DNA of 64,000 nucleotides, from the NCBI RefSeq assembly GCF_963921235.1, contig NC_086097.1, forward strand, positions 37,016,001 to 37,080,000. The letters are read 5' to 3'. Source of the stretch: Mobula hypostoma. Its lineage: Eukaryota. The translations under genes and the position numbers were made by a program. Below, piece after piece: positions 13,326 to 27,921 of this stretch. How positions within the stretch are numbered: the stretch's first letter is position 1; the number at the start of each line of letters is the position of its first letter. The notes below the pieces were generated by a model that worked only from the letters and a program-made list of their open reading frames with translations, searched no databases and was not told the origin of the DNA.

Positions 13326-15664
13326 GATTTCGTGATTCTAGTTGGTGCCAGCTGGTTTTCTGCCCATTCCCATCTACCTGCATCCATACCCTCCATACCA
13401 TCTGATCGATACTCCTATCCAAACTTCTCTTAAATTAAACCTGTATCTACCACTTCTGCTGAGGCTTGCCCTGTGGAATAAATCAATGCACAAAATACGA
13501 ATAGTTTCTGTATTTCATAAAATCTAGAAAATGAGATTTAGTTGTTTTGTTAGCTTGAATTTTCATTTAAGTAATGCTGTAACAGACCCTTGAGGAACAG
13601 GAGGTAGGATACAGCTGAATAAGCTGACAATTATGCTCTGAGCCTCTGGAGTACAGAGAGCTCCAAAATAAACCCACATATTTTGTTGATTATTTTGTAT
13701 TCCCAAATCTAAATCCATGCAACTCCCTGTAAATAACTGATAGCACTGCCACTGAGGTGTGGGAGAATTTGTATCATGCTTCTAGTACTAGGTGCTGTCA
13801 CATTCTACTGTGATCAAGGTGGATGTGTGCCTCTAACATGCTAACACTAGACTCAAATGCTTGTCCTGCCTGATGCCTTATAGAGAGCTGAATAAAACTC
13901 AGGGCAAACAAAACACTATTCACCAATTTAGCCAGAAGCACATTCGGTGTGTTCAAATCGCTGAAGCGTATTAAAATATGGATTCCATTTGATGCAAACT
14001 TATTGTGCAGTGCAGCCATCACATGAGGAACTCAGTAACAGGCAGAACTGTAACTTATATTCAACTTGTCAAGCAAACTACAGTGCTGACAGCTTCTAAA
14101 AAAAAATAAATAAATACCTCTTTCATTTCAGGTTAAATTATACATTTTTTGTTTTTGGAGTACTATCTACTTTTGTACCCTATAGAGATATGTCTAGATT
14201 CACCATTGTAAACATTTAGTGGAAGGACTAGTTCAGACAAACTTTTTTTTAAGGCTTCTGCATAAATATTTTATAGCATTCCCGTCTTATAACTTTTTAA
14301 TGGTTGGTTCAGATATATCCTCTATAGGGTGAAATGTTTTATAGCAGTTCTCTGCATTCCTCTTACTTACCAAGTTCACTGTTCCCAGGGGTAGATGTCA
14401 CAGTTTCAGGTTACACATGTGGTCAAACTGTGCCGGGGGAGGTTGACTGGTTACAGCAGTTTATAATTAAACATTTTAGAGACTGTCTGATCAAAACATT
14501 GCAGAAAACACTGAATCAGAAGTCAATTGCATTCAACTGCCAAGCTCTAGATAGATTACTGGTGCAAATGAAGTCAAATGCCCATGAAACACACAAAATA
14601 GTATTAAAAATTACGCTTTTGATTTGGAGCGATGTGACTCAGCCCCACTCTGATAGGTTAGCCACCCACCCCCGCCCCCCCATACACCCACAGGTAATGG
14701 AGAACTCTTTCATCTTAATGTCCCTTTCAGTACTTTGCTTTCAACCAATGCCTTCTGAATAATATGAAATGTAAGCTGAAACCTACATCAGTTTACTTAA
14801 CCACCAAAATAGTTGATATTCGTTCCATTTGTGCCCTTCCCCATTTTCATGGCAATGCAAGGGCCATCTTTTGGAAAGTAAGTGCAGAACAAAAAGTAAA
14901 CTGCTGGAGTTGGTCAGGCAGCATCTGTGGAGGGAAATGGATAGTCGACATGTCGGGTTGAGATCTTTCATCTCGGTTTCTCCAGCTGTTTATTTTGTGC
15001 TCCAAGTCCCAGTGTCTGCAGTCTCTTGTGTCTCCGTGGATAAACAGAGCTTTATTTGAGCGAAACTAAGAGGGTGAGGTGACACTATTTCATTTTAACA
15101 ACTAAACCATATTACTTGTTCAAGTTATTGAAAGGTCAACCAACATTTTTGTTCACCAGACAGAACTACATGGAAGACCAAGTAGAATGCCAAGAAAGGA
15201 GCACCTCTGCTTCCTCAAGAGGCCAAATAAACTTGACCAGGCTCCTTTGAACCTCACCGGTTTTCTTTTTTTAAATCAATGTACTCTAGAAAGTGTTTTA
15301 TCTAATTGCATCATAGTTTGGAACAGCAACTGTTCTGCCTGTGGCCACAAGAAACTGCAGAGTTGAGGACACAGCTTAGCGCATCACAGCCTTCCTTCCA
15401 TGGACTCTGTCTACATTTGGTAATGTAGTTAGCATATTCAAAAATCCCACCCATTTCAAAGATTCTCTCTTCTTCTCTCGGGCGTAAGATGCTAAAGCCT
15501 GAACGCACTCACCAGCAGGCTTCTATCCCACTTGTAAAACTTTTGAATGGCCCTTTGGTACTGTAAACTAGACTCTTGACCTCACAATCTACCTTGTTAT
15601 GGTTTCCTCCTTATTGCCTGCCTGCACTGCACTCTCTCTGTAATTGTGACACCTTATACCACAT

Positions 15665-16435
15665 GGCAACACTCACAAAATGCTGGAGGAACTCAGCAGG
15701 GCAGGCAGCATCTATGGAAAAGACAGTCGACATTTCAGGCCGAGACCCTTCTTCAGGACTGAGAAGAAAGCGGGAAGAAGCCAGAATAAAAAGGTGTGGG
15801 GGGTGGGGAGGGGAAGAAGGTTAGCTGGAAGGTGATAGGTGAAGCCTGGTAGGTGGGAAAGGACAAGGGCTGGAGAGGAAGGAATCCGATAGGGGAGGGG
15901 AGTGGGCCGTAGGAGAACGAGAAGGAGGAGGGGGCCGGAGGAAGTAATAGACAAGGTGAGAAGAGATAGAAGGCCAGAGTGGGGAACAGAAGAGGAGGGG
16001 GGTGAGGAAATTTTTTAACACTAGAATGAGAAATCAATATTCTTATACCAACAGCTTGGAGGCTACCCAGATGGAATACAAGGTGTTGCTCCTCCACCCT
16101 GAGATTGAGAATGCCATCGTCTTGGTTCAAGGAATCTGATAGGAGAGGAGAGTGGGCCGTAGGAGAAATGGGAGGAGAAGGGGGTCCCAAGGGGAAGTAT
16201 TCGGCAGGTAAGAAGTAAGAGGTCAGAGTGCGGAAGGTGGAGGGGAGGGGGAGGAGTTTGTTTACTGGAAGGAGAAATTGATGTTCTTGCCTTCAGGTTG
16301 GAGGGTACCCAGGTGGAATGGTATTGCTCCTCCATCCTGAGGGTGACCTCATCTTGGCACAAGAGGAGGCCATGGACCGACACGTTGAAATGGGAATGGG
16401 AATTGAAATTTAAAATGTTCGGCCACCTGGAAGTA
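15665..16435 (-). mobile_element. Penelope 3' fragment with partial tandem duplication
   Basis: LRxEEQHL.FHLGSLQ occurs twice; ggaatc(c/t)gatagg(g/a)gagg(g/a)gagtgggccgtaggaga at 15881 and 16131. Confidence 0.82.
15724..15761 (-). ncRNA. Minimal hammerhead ribozyme motif in Penelope pLTR
   Basis: CAGUC-CUGAAGA-AGGGUCUCGGCCU-GAAA-UGUC-GACUG, with perfect stem I. Confidence 0.7.
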
Positions 16436-17829
16436 AATTATTCTGCATTCTATTATTGTTTTCCCTTATACTAAATCAAAGTAGGCTGTAATGAAATTAT
16501 CTGTATGGATGACCCTCAAAACACAGTTTTTCAGTACACGTGACAATAACAAACAAAGTAATCATTTCAAATCAAGTAACCATTTGTTGTTTTAGTCTAG
16601 TGAGGCTTACATCAGTTAAGTACCACCACAATCTAAAAGTATTTCATCCTGATTTGTTAACTGAATATTGGCCGCAAACTCTACTAACTGATTTTGTAAA
16701 TGTTTAACTTAGTCAGACATGGCAAAATATTTCAACCATTCCTGTTAAATATTAAAAAGAAATGGAAACTACCAGAATTGGAATAAGATGCATCAGATAC
16801 AAGTGCATTACAGGTTAAAAATGAGAAAGGAAGGCACCTAGGCAGAAATTTTAAAATTCTTTTAAAAAAATTTGATACAAAATCACAGGAATGAAGTGCT
16901 GAAACCATTAATTATAGTGTACGAGTTTATAGCCCCCTTCTCCAACAATAAACGATGAAGAATTCTAGAAATGAGAAGCCTTTCCTACAATGAAAGTTGC
17001 ATTGACCTTTAGGGTGCTGACAATAGTATTCTGACATTACGTAAAACAACCTTTAAATTTAAACAAGGTGCAGATAGTTTGCTGGCGTCTTGTGGCTGCC
17101 ATTCTGTCCGCATATTCATGGACAGAGTGCTAAAAGGTACCTAGTGTAAATTCACAGAGATGCCATACACAGCCAGGGCTGTGAGGTACTGCTGACACAA
17201 TTGATGCCATGAAGACATATTTACATTCGAAGCAATAGAGCTAAATTATTCCCTGTAAAGTCCCTGCCTTTGCATTCTACAGCACTTCAACTGGCCAAGT
17301 CTGGAAAAAGTATAGCTTAGATTTTGTTTTGAAAGTTAGATTAGCAACACAACCTATAGTTCCTCATTATTCTTTTTATGCAGTGTTTATTAATTTTTTA
17401 ATTTATGGTAATTTTATACCTTTGCTCTGTATTGCTGCTGTAAAACAAATTTCACATCACATAAAACAGCTATAGTAAACCTGTACTGATAGAACAATTT
17501 CAGAAAGTAATGCCGAATCAAGTCTGCCATCACAAATATGATGTAAAAAGTTCAACCAAAAATAACATTTGCCACTGGCAGTGTAAAGTTCACATGAAGT
17601 TTCTATTTATTAAGGGGAAATAAAGTATTTATAGGCAACAGTCATTCAAATAACCACATTCTTTTGAATAAACAGACAAAATTTGCCCAATTAAAATACT
17701 TCATAACTTTTGACTGAAATCAAGTAGACTTATTAAATAGTTCAGTGACCAAATTTTAAAGCCTAAAAGAAAATGTAGCAATGGATTTTTTGGACAGAGG
17801 GATTAAGTCAATAATCTTTAAAAATTGAA

Positions 17830-19135
17830 AATTTGTAACTGCAGGAAATCTGAAATAAAAACAAAAATGCTGAAAAAACTTAGGTTCAGGCAGCCATCTG
17901 TTGAACATGTTGATAATCTTACATCAGAACTGGACAAGAAGCAAGAGAAGTGGGACAGGGGAAGGGATGGGAAAAAGGAAATTTCTCCAAAGGCGGAATG
18001 AGCTAATGCAGCAGTTAAAATCAAATTAATTTTTTTCTGCTCTCTATAATGTATTGTTAGCACTAAAGCCACAAGACACAAAATGCCCAGATTATACAAA
18101 GAAAGAAAAAGCTGAGCCAAAATAATGACAACAAGAATAGCCAGTTCTCATAACAACTAAAAGAAACAGCAAGTTATCTAAAGCTGGATTCACAATCAAG
18201 TCCCGCAGACTGCAGCGTGCCTGGACGAAAGATGAGGTGTTCCTCTTCAAGTTTGCATTGGGCCTCATTGGAACAATCCAGATCTGCACGTTTGGAATGG
18301 TCAGAGTGCTGAATTAGTGGTAAGCAACTGAAAGCTCAGGGTCACTCCTACAGACCTCGAGCAGGTTCTGCAAAACTATTGTTCAGTGTGTGTTTGGTCT
18401 CTCCAATGTACAGGGGAGCAGATTGGGAACACTGAATGCAGTGCACCACATTGAAGGAAGTGCAATTGTTGCTTCAGAAGGAAAATTGCTGGAGGAGCTC
18501 AGTGGTGTGAGTAGTACCTGGGAGTAGGGAGTGGAGGGGTGAGAGGAATTATTGACGTCTCTGGCTGAGACATTGCATCAGGTCTGTGAGAGGAGAAGGA
18601 TGTAAGAGAGGGAGAAGGGCAAAATACAACACAGTAGAAGACAGCACACACAAAATGCTGGAAGAACTCATCATTTCAGACAACGTCTATAGAAAGAAAT
18701 AAACAGTCAACATTTTGGGCCGAGACCTTCATCAGGATGGAAAGGAAGAGGGCAGAAGGGATAATAAGGAGAACAGAAGGAGTGAAAGGGTAGCCAAAAT
18801 GGGGAATAGAAAAAGATAGAGGGCGGGGGGTGGGGGGGAGAAAAGACTATCTGAAGTTGAAGATCGATGTTCATGCCATCAGGTTGGAGGCCATCCAGGC
18901 AGAATTTGAAGTGTTGCTCCTCCAACCTGAGTTTAGCCTCAAGATGGCAATAGAAGAACCAATGGATAGACCTGTCAGCATGGGAATGTGAAGTTAAATT
19001 GAAATGGGTGACAGGTGATGGGTGGAGGAGGGCGAGGTTGAGGGGGTGGGGGAAAAGGAGGACGAAACTGGAGAATAGTGGATGATAAATGGTACACAAA
19101 GGTTCCAAGGGACTGGAATCTGATAAAGGGATAAT
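17830..19135 (-). mobile_element. Cluster of older Penelope endonuclease/pLTR fragments
   Basis: AKLRLEEQH..LQPDGMNID in ORF 18707-19195; repeated ctggaggaactca-type pLTR motifs. Confidence 0.75.
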
Positions 19136-19595
19136 GGAACCATAAGATATAGGAGCAGAATTAGGCCATTTAGCCCGTTGAGTCTGCTCCACCATTTCAT
19201 CATAGCAGATCCAATTTTTCTCTCAGTTGCGATCTCCTGCCTTCTCCCCATATCCCTTCATGCCCTGACCAATCAAGAAGCTGACAATCTCTGCCTTAAA
19301 TATACATGCACACTTGGCTTCTACAGCTGCTTGTGGTAAAGAATTCCACAGATTCACCACTCTATGGCTAAAGAAATTCCTCCTCATCTCCATTCTAAAA
19401 GGACACCCCTCTATTCTGACGCTGTGTCCTCTGGTCTTAGAACACTATAGGAAACATCCTCTCCACATCCACTCTGTCAAGGCCTTTCACCATTTGATAG
19501 GTTTCAATGAGATTTCCCCCTTATTCTTCTGAATTCTGGTGAATACAGGAACAGAGTTATCGGACACTCTTCAGATAACAAGCCATTTAATCCCA
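19136..19595 (-). mobile_element. CR1 LINE 3' end
   Basis: RNFFSQRVVNLW-type region and cataagatataggagcagaattaggcc tail. Confidence 0.85.
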
Positions 19596-20665
19596 GGATG
19601 TGGCTTTCCTTTTCAGAACATAGATAACTTCTTTCTTCAAAGAACAGGGTTTCTTTTCCTCCACTATTGATGCCACACTCATTCAAATCTCCTCCATTTC
19701 CCTAACATCCGTGCTCACCCCACATTCCTGTCACCTTAACAGTGATAAGAGTTCCTCTCATCCTTACCTACCGCCCCATGACCTTCCACACACATCATCC
19801 TCTGCAACTTCTAACATTTCCAAAGGGATCTTACCACTAAACATACCTTTACCTTCTCTCTCCCAACCCCCGGTTTCCACAGGGATTGCTCCATCTGCGA
19901 TTTCCTTGTCCGTTTGTCCCTTCCCACACTTACACCTGCCCATTCACCTCCTCCCTCAACCCCCTTCAGGGCCCCAAACAGTCCTTCCAGGGGAGGCAAC
20001 ACTTCAAATGCCGATCTATTATGTCCGCTGCTCCCAATACAGCCTGCTCTACATTGGTGAGACCTGTCATAAATTGAAGAACCACTCCTTTGAATACCTC
20101 TGCTCCATCCGCCAAAAACTGAACTTACCCGTGGCCATTTTAAATCTGATTCCCATTCCGATATGTCAATGGCACCTTCTAGTACCAACAGGCCATCCTC
20201 AGGGTGGCAGAGCAACTTATATTCCATCTGGGTAGCCTCCAACCTGATGGTATTGCTCCTTCTAGTAAAAAAATTCCCTCCCCCTTCCCTCATTCCCCAC
20301 TTTGGCCTTTTTCCCCTGTTCACCTATCACTTCCCCCTCTCTCCCCTCCTCCCTCCCTTTCCCTTCCTCCTATGGTCCACTCTCCTCTCCTATCAGATTC
20401 CTCTTCCTTCTCCAGCCCTTTAGCTTACCCACCACTTAGTTAAACCTATCACCTTTTAGCTAGCCTCCTTCCCCTCCCAACCCCCACCGTGCCCAGTTTT
20501 TATTCTGGAGTCTTCCCCCTTCCTTTTCAGTCCTGAAGAAGGGTCTCGGCCCAAAATGTTGACTGTCTATTCATTTCCATAGATGCTGCCTGATCTACTA
20601 GTTCTCCCAGCATTGTGTGCGTGTGTTGCTTTGGATTTCCAGCATCTGCAGACTTTCTCATGTTT
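19596..20665 (+). mobile_element. Penelope RT-thumb/GIY-YIG/pLTR fragment
   Basis: YVRCSQYSLLYIGET; hammerhead remnant at 20528-20565. Confidence 0.85.
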
Positions 20666-20827
20666 AGAATTTTAAACGCACTCTGAAAGAATACTACTGA
20701 GACAATTGAGGATGGACAAACATCAGCCATAAGACATTGGAGTTGAATTGGGCCATTCAGCCTATCGCCTGCTCTGCCATTTGATCCTAGTTGTCAAAAA
20801 AGCATTGTTAAGTCTGACGTTACAAAT

Positions 20828-21453
20828 GATTGAGTGAGGGCCTCCGTTGGTCAGAGTCGACCATGGATATTGAGTCCTAGCTGTCGATATACTCAAGCCT
20901 GGGCAGTACGATATGCAGAACAAGCTATTACTCATGCAGCAAGCTCCCTCCTCCAAGCAGCTGATGAAGCCAAAGGAACGGTACAGACCGATACAGTTTG
21001 GTACCAGCAGCATCGCATGAGTTGCCAGTCAGCATTGAACTCAATGTAGGACTGCCTTAGGGGCTTCAGCTCCAGATTTTTTCCCTTGGGGTTTACTCCC
21101 AAAGTCTTCCCCACGAGTGGAGGTTTGAGATCAGAGTTGTCCTTCTTCTAGATGAGCTGCCAACCACAACTGGTGAGCCCCATCTGCCCAAAGCGACTGG
21201 TTTTAAGGTGCCAGTAACCCACCTTTGGTCCTTCTCCTGTCAGTAGAAATGGTTCCACCATGCTTAGTAGCTAAGCTACACATAAAGGCGAGGAGCTGGA
21301 CTTGGTTGTCAGGGGCTATTTGAGGTTCATACCATTGGGAGCATGGGAGCATTTAATAAGTAGTTAGAGCTTGTCCCCACTGCACCACTACCCCTTCACC
21401 CGCCTCCCCCCTCCCCCAAGCCCCAACCCCCTGGCTATAACAACCTTAAGGAA
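20828..21453 (-). mobile_element. Non-autonomous RTE-derived element (5' UTR joined to 3' tail)
   Basis: Resembles RTE 5' UTR and gaccaacggaggccc 3' terminus from memory; no RT coding sequence. Confidence 0.55.
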
Positions 21454-22149
21454 CAAATAAAGAGTTAGTAAATGGCAAATAAATTAAATTGGGATAAATC
21501 AAGTTGCCAGTGGCAGGCAGTTTATAAGTTTGTTCAACTAAGTAAAGAATTTGGGTCATAGTAGCCTGTTCTTTTGTTCATGTATAGAGGAGTGGAGTTA
21601 ACAACAAATAATAATTTTAGCTGATGAAATGTGACAGCCCAATCTTTGTTTGTTTTTTTAGTTTAGTTTTCTTTAGTTTAGGGTTTTTTTCTCTCTTTAC
21701 AAAATATCTCTTTCATGGTTAGTTTCATGGTTAAGAGATTGAGAGGCTAAACTACATTTGTTACTTGGAATCTGTGCTTATACATGTTAACCATTATTAA
21801 TGTAATCCCAGTCTCTTTGTATCATTATTATTATTGTTATGTTTATTAATTCTGAAACAATAAAAAGATTGAAAAAGAAAGAAAGTAGCCAGTTCTTTGG
21901 TTTTGATTTCAAATGGGAGTAGATCTGGGATTTGAGTTCAGTTACTATGCCCACCACACAAACTCATCAAGATTCACAGTGCAAGGGTCATTTGGGACAA
22001 AGTGCTGATGCTCATATTGGCCAGCCTTTATGAAAGGATGTCCTTAGAGCAAAATTCTATTTAAATTGAAAAAGAGGGGCAATGAAAAAATTGTGATCGT
22101 ATTAAAATATTGGTGCCTCAGAACAAGCTGATCCCCATGGAAATCACCA

Positions 22150-24303
22150 ATGACACAAACAGCACAAGACAACTGAGACTAGAGAGCTGCATACAAATTT
22201 AATGTTACAATCCAATTGTTCAACCACATTACAGAGATCACTTTTATTTATGAAAATGTACAGCTGGAATATAAACCTACACGTACCAGGAGATGTCCCT
22301 TTTTTGGAAAAAGCATAAAAGGCTATACAATACTTTTTGCAAAAGTAAACTGCTGTTCTACAAAGACAGCTGACAGGTTGCATATTTTACTGACAGAACA
22401 GTGATAGTGCTATGAACAGAACTCTTAATTTCAGGCTGAGGTGAGAAGATATGACTACTTCAAGTGAATTATTTGTAGTGCACCAGAAAATCTTAAACCT
22501 TTCAGATAAATTCAGAACCAACATCTTTTGAGAATTTAATATACCTCATGCAAATTCTGGAAACACAGATCAATACCAATAAAATAACTTTTGGCAATGG
22601 TTTCAAAAGTGTACAAAATACCACAATTATAGTAGCTACAAAGAGAAGTAGAACAGGCAATATATGAACAGGCAAAAAATATTGAAAATATTGCAGTGTA
22701 AAATTTCACAATAAGAGCATTTCATTTGCTAAAGAAGATGAGGTATTTTCTTCTGTGCTAGTACAGTCCATCAATGGAATGAGCTGAACTGTACAAGCTT
22801 CTCAAAATCTTATAATAAAGCTAGACACAGATCACATACAAGATTCCAGGAAGCTCCAACATCATAAATACATTAGCCTTCAGAGTGGGGCTTCATTATG
22901 CCACAAAAGTAATCATTTGCAACTATATGTATGGAGATAATCGGGATCAAAAGCAATTTAGATTTTACATCATTTTAAATATGATGGAGGCAAATAAACA
23001 TTTCAATTCCTAGAAATTTCACTGTTCCATTTACACTGCCAAGTTTTTTTTCTGATTTTGCACAGCTTCCAGTTTGTGAACTTCACTACTATCTTAAAAC
23101 AGTTAATAGGCAAAAATGACATAAAACATAAATATAAAACATTACTCCGTAGACAGAGGTAAATAGATATTAATGCACCTTATCTGTCAGCAAGGTTTAC
23201 CTTGTATAACTTGAGGTATTAGAATATATATAAATAACAAGCATGTGATAAAGAACAGCTATCATTCAAAAAGTTCCATTTAAAACAGATTAATTTCAAA
23301 AACATGTTAACAAATATAATTGTGAAGAAGCCTGGTACACAAGCACCACATAGTATAGGCATCTATTTTCACCAGTGTGAAAATCTGCAAATAGATTGTG
23401 TGAAATCAGTATTTCTTTAAATGACGCTAATCAAAATTATACAAGTAATTCAAATTATTCAAAATTACTAAATTAAACAAGAAACAAGCACTTTAAATAA
23501 TCTGTACATCAATGCCTAATATCCAAAAATATTGGGACAAAAATTAATATTAACATGAACAAGAATAACCTTTCTATTGGCATTCATTCATAATTATTAT
23601 TGTTTGTACTTAGACAAATCTGATGTGTTTTGCACAAAATTTTAACCCATATTTACTATTCAAGGTCAAAAAAATTAGTTGAATATTAAATCATAATAAT
23701 AGATAAACAGGTGATATACACAGTTCAAAGTGAATTTGATTAGGAACATTTGATCCACAATATCCAATAATTTCATTTGATTTCCACCCATGAACATTAT
23801 GTTCATAATACATGTACATAATGTTCATAACAATGAAAATTATGTTAATTAGTATACATTAAATATTTAAAAACAGACTAATTCCAGCAATTTCAAAAAT
23901 AAAATACTCTGAAATAGGCTTGATATCATAATTCCCAATACTTCCAATTTTATTAAATACACATTACAAAATATTGCACACATCATAGAAATATTCCAAA
24001 GGGCTCTGCTGAGTTGTATTTTTAGACATTTTCTTTTGGATTAAAATCTCTGCATGGTACTATGGCTTTAAGTTAGTTGATATTGACTGTTCCCTAAATC
24101 AGAACAAAGTTACAAAAACAAAATATACTGAGAAAAGCATTCTTCAAGCTTCCATTGAGAGATTTAGAATTTCTGACCCAGTGTCTATCTTTTCTTCCTG
24201 CTGCTAAAGTGATGCCAGTGGATCCGGAACTCGTGTATGGCTGCAGAGATCATGACTTCGCTGCAGAGCTGATGATTCCCTGTGTTTGTACAAATTCTGC
24301 TGC
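22150..24303 (-). other. Probable long AU-rich 3' UTR of SLC38A6
   Basis: ~2.1 kb without recognisable TE directly after the stop; candidate polyA signals at 23949-23954, 22243-22248 and 22198-22203. Confidence 0.55.
22198..22248 (-). terminator. Candidate distal polyadenylation signals (AATAAA 22243-22248, ATTAAA 22198-22203)
   Basis: Followed on the minus strand by a GU/U-rich tract (gttgtcttgtgctgtttgtgt). Confidence 0.5.
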
Positions 24304-24399
24304 TTATACTGAACTTTCAGCTCTATGAACCCAGTTTAAAATGATGAGGATTAAACTACTGACACCCATCAAGAAGCCCAAAATAATTAATGCCAGAGC
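24304..24399 (-). CDS. SLC38A6: SLC38A6-like terminal coding exon (ALALIILGFLMGVSSLILIILNWVHRAESSV*)
   Basis: Poly-T/gacag acceptor; last transmembrane helix ending xNW; TAA at 24306-24304. Confidence 0.93.
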   Translation of the reverse strand, partial: ALALIILGFLMGVSSLILIILNWVHRAESSV

Positions 24400-25866
24400 C
24401 TGTCAAGACAAAAAAAAACAAACATATAGCATAAAATAAACCAAATATAACACAATCTAAACATAAATTAAGTTTCTTTTTAAAGTCTTTTTACTTTCAG
24501 CTTTTAATTCAGTAGTTTGAACACTGGTGTACCACCACCAGGTACCTGTTTGAATACACTGGGCCAAACCACCCTGCCTGACACTGGGCCAAACTACCCT
24601 GCTAGTAGTTTTAAACCAAAGTACCAGATATCAGCTATTTGCATCTTGGCCTTGCATATAATCAGAATGGCTATTCTATTATTAAATTCACTCTCCATTT
24701 CAGGAACAAAATTGTGATGTGCTGCACAAGGAAACAGATGAACTTTAAAAAAAAACACAACTTTATGACAACAATGACTCTATGGAAAAGAATGCAAGTT
24801 ATTTTTCCATATTCTAATATTTTTTAATTCTTATAATATGGGATTTAGTTTTTTTCTAAGTGTCCTGAATTTTATTTATTTTACTCAGCATCATTTAAAC
24901 TAAGTTGGAAGTTTTTGGCAGCCAGTGAGCTGGCAATGGTTGCCAGGGCTTTTCTAAGCAGGCCTGATGGATTGTCCAGGGCAAACTCCCCACCCAGAGA
25001 CTATTCCTGCTGCTAGATGCACAGGGTCAGTTCATACAGCTATCAACACCTGGGAGCAGTAATTCTGGGCATGTGGCAAGTCTAGACAATAGACTGAGTG
25101 CAGGATGTTCCAGCCCATTGCACTCTACTATTTTAAGTGGGGTTCACCAACTGGTTGGAATGAGGAGAGTTTTAGGTGAATAAACTTAAAATTCATACGA
25201 CACCAATGGCACTAGCCACCCTACCTTTAGCCAGCAGGGTTTCATCAGCAGTCAAATTTGTTTGTATACCCAATTTCGTTTGAAACTGGAGACATGACTG
25301 TACACAGCTGTGCAGTATCAATCTAGGTTTTTAGAGAAAACTGACACCTTCTGCTTCCAGAGATGTACCATCACTTTTCTACACACTCTCGGCAGGAAAG
25401 AGATGGTACTGTTTAACATCACTTCTCTCACACAATGCCTGTTATCCTGTAAAAGCGGTGGAAACAATGGGAAGGAGAATAGAGTAACAGATTAAAAGGG
25501 CAAGTGTCTTTAAAGCATTCCACATGGCAATGCTGGTTTCAATCTGTTATTCGTGTTTTGATACTTAGGGAACATGGCTATGTAGGCAAACATGGCAATC
25601 GACTAAGTGAGATAATCTGGTTGATTCTGACCATGTCCATTTATTCTGAAAGGAAACAAGTGGCTGTGACAGAGAGAACCGTTATGGACTGGTTAAAGAT
25701 CTAAAACATTTTTAAATTAATGAAGTGACATTAGGGGATACAGACAGCACTTTGACAAATTATCCTCACCCCATTCTAATGATGGAGGAAGACTGATTTA
25801 CAACCAAGTTATTAAACTGCTAAGATTAATGACAGCCAAGGTAACTGAAAGCCAGCTGTAGTTTTA

Positions 25867-25995
<129 letters not shown>

Positions 25996-26763
25996 TCAGA
26001 CTAAGTTATAGTTCACACAATAGAAAAGGATCTCTGCCATTAAAGTTATCAAAAAGCTGAAATAGCTTTTAACTACATGTGCCTGTTGCATTTTTACGCA
26101 TGGCATACAAACAGACCATTTGGCCTATTTCATGTCTATATTCCAAGCCCTCACATCGCTCAGGCTATCATACTCATTTCTTCCTCATTCATGCACCTTA
26201 TTTGCTACAAAACATCAAGGTATTAGATGAAAGACTAAAAAAACCTCAAGTTTTTATTAATGCAGCCCAAGTAGAACTTCTTGTAAATGCAGAGATTCCT
26301 CAAACTCCCCACTGCCAATTTTTTTTAAATGTGAAGATTAAGATAATGCTCAACATTGGAACACAAAAGGAAACTTTAATCATGAAACCAGGAAATTGCA
26401 GTCTTTAGCTTTTATGGCTGTTAGTTTGATGGCAAATCTTTCAGCAGTTTCTCACAAATGGGGCAAGATAGGAGCATTATGCAGACCACAGCCTCCCTAA
26501 AAAGATTTCAACATGCTCCACATAGTCCCTGGTACTCATCATTCACACAATTAAAAATCACAGGTGCCCCAACAAAGCTTTTCACCAACATGTTTGCTGT
26601 GTTGTATTTCATTAAATACAGATGATAAATTGATTATTGGTGCTAAAGATAACTCTATTCAACCCTTTTTATAGTTTGCATGGCTCCCTAATTCTATCTT
26701 TAAAAGAATACAATGACACTTTATTTCTATTTTGATCAAAGATCACAAAATAAATTAACTTAC

Positions 26764-26908
26764 CAACCACACCAAAGATATTTTGAATATTTGGCACGTA
26801 CATTGCCAGCAGCACAATCAAAATTTGAATAACAAGCGTGACAACAATATGATGGATGTAGGAAAAGGGGCGGTTTGAAAAACACAACAACATTAGCGAT
26901 TTCCTTGC
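26764..26908 (-). CDS. SLC38A6: SLC38A6-like coding exon (ARKSLMLLCFSNRPFSYIHH...VPNIQNIFGVV)
   Basis: 145 nt, ttgcag/gtaagt; lies inside ORF 26669..26929. Confidence 0.95.
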
Positions 26909-27765
26909 CTGCAAATAAATGAAATTCAAAGATAATGAAACAAGTTTTAGAATAATTCTCCTTACTTGGTATAACTTATTTTTTTAAAAACTAGTTAAGC
27001 ATTGCCTCTGAAAGAAACAGCAATAACATTTACACAATTATGTATTTCTGAACCAATCAGAAAATGAACCTTTTCTGACCAGTTCCTTGAATTTGTTTAG
27101 TTTTGGTTTTCAAGCCAGTTCACTTATTATTTATTGAGTGCTTTTAACAACTTAGAAATTGTATTTTACGCCCCACTTCCCACTGCAATTTAGGGGGACT
27201 GTAATTTACTTTTAATTTTTTCAAATCCCCATTTGTATTTATAGTGATTTTTTATCCTTATACTTTTTTGTGGATTTTGACTGAAATTGTTTCAAGCAGT
27301 ACCAGTGAATTTTCCCATTGGGTCTGCAATGATCAGCACTCCAGACAGGTGATTATTCACCAACCTAAACTCTGTCCTCAGAGCAGGGCAAAGTATCAGT
27401 GCTTCCAGGGACACAAGAAACAAAAAAAAAAATCATATCCTTAAATTCTATCAACACAAATTGTTGTTTTGTGTGCTAATTGGAATTAACAGACACAAAG
27501 ATGTGGAATGAGAGGGAAAGAATGAAAAGAAAACAATAAGGGAACGGGAATGTGCCTTGGAAAGGTGCAATGTTATCCACTGAGAGTCCAAGACTTGCAA
27601 AGGTGTAAAAATGGTTCTGAGATAAAGGCAACATTTAAAGGTGATCCTCAGTGGCAAAGTCCATAGATGCAAATTTTAATTCCAGCACTTCTGAAAGATC
27701 GAAAGATATTGTTTCAAATGTCATGAAAATTAAAAGCTGTACCAAAGTACACAAGTTATTTTTTA

Positions 27766-27921
<156 letters not shown>

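Noticed and set aside
14334..14762. 142-aa ORF
   Set aside because: No recognisable homology or exon-like boundaries; expected by chance
24130..24303. Stop-codon readthrough extension of SLC38A6
   Set aside because: TAA is a tight stop, the next in-frame TGA follows after 17 codons, and there is no supporting motif
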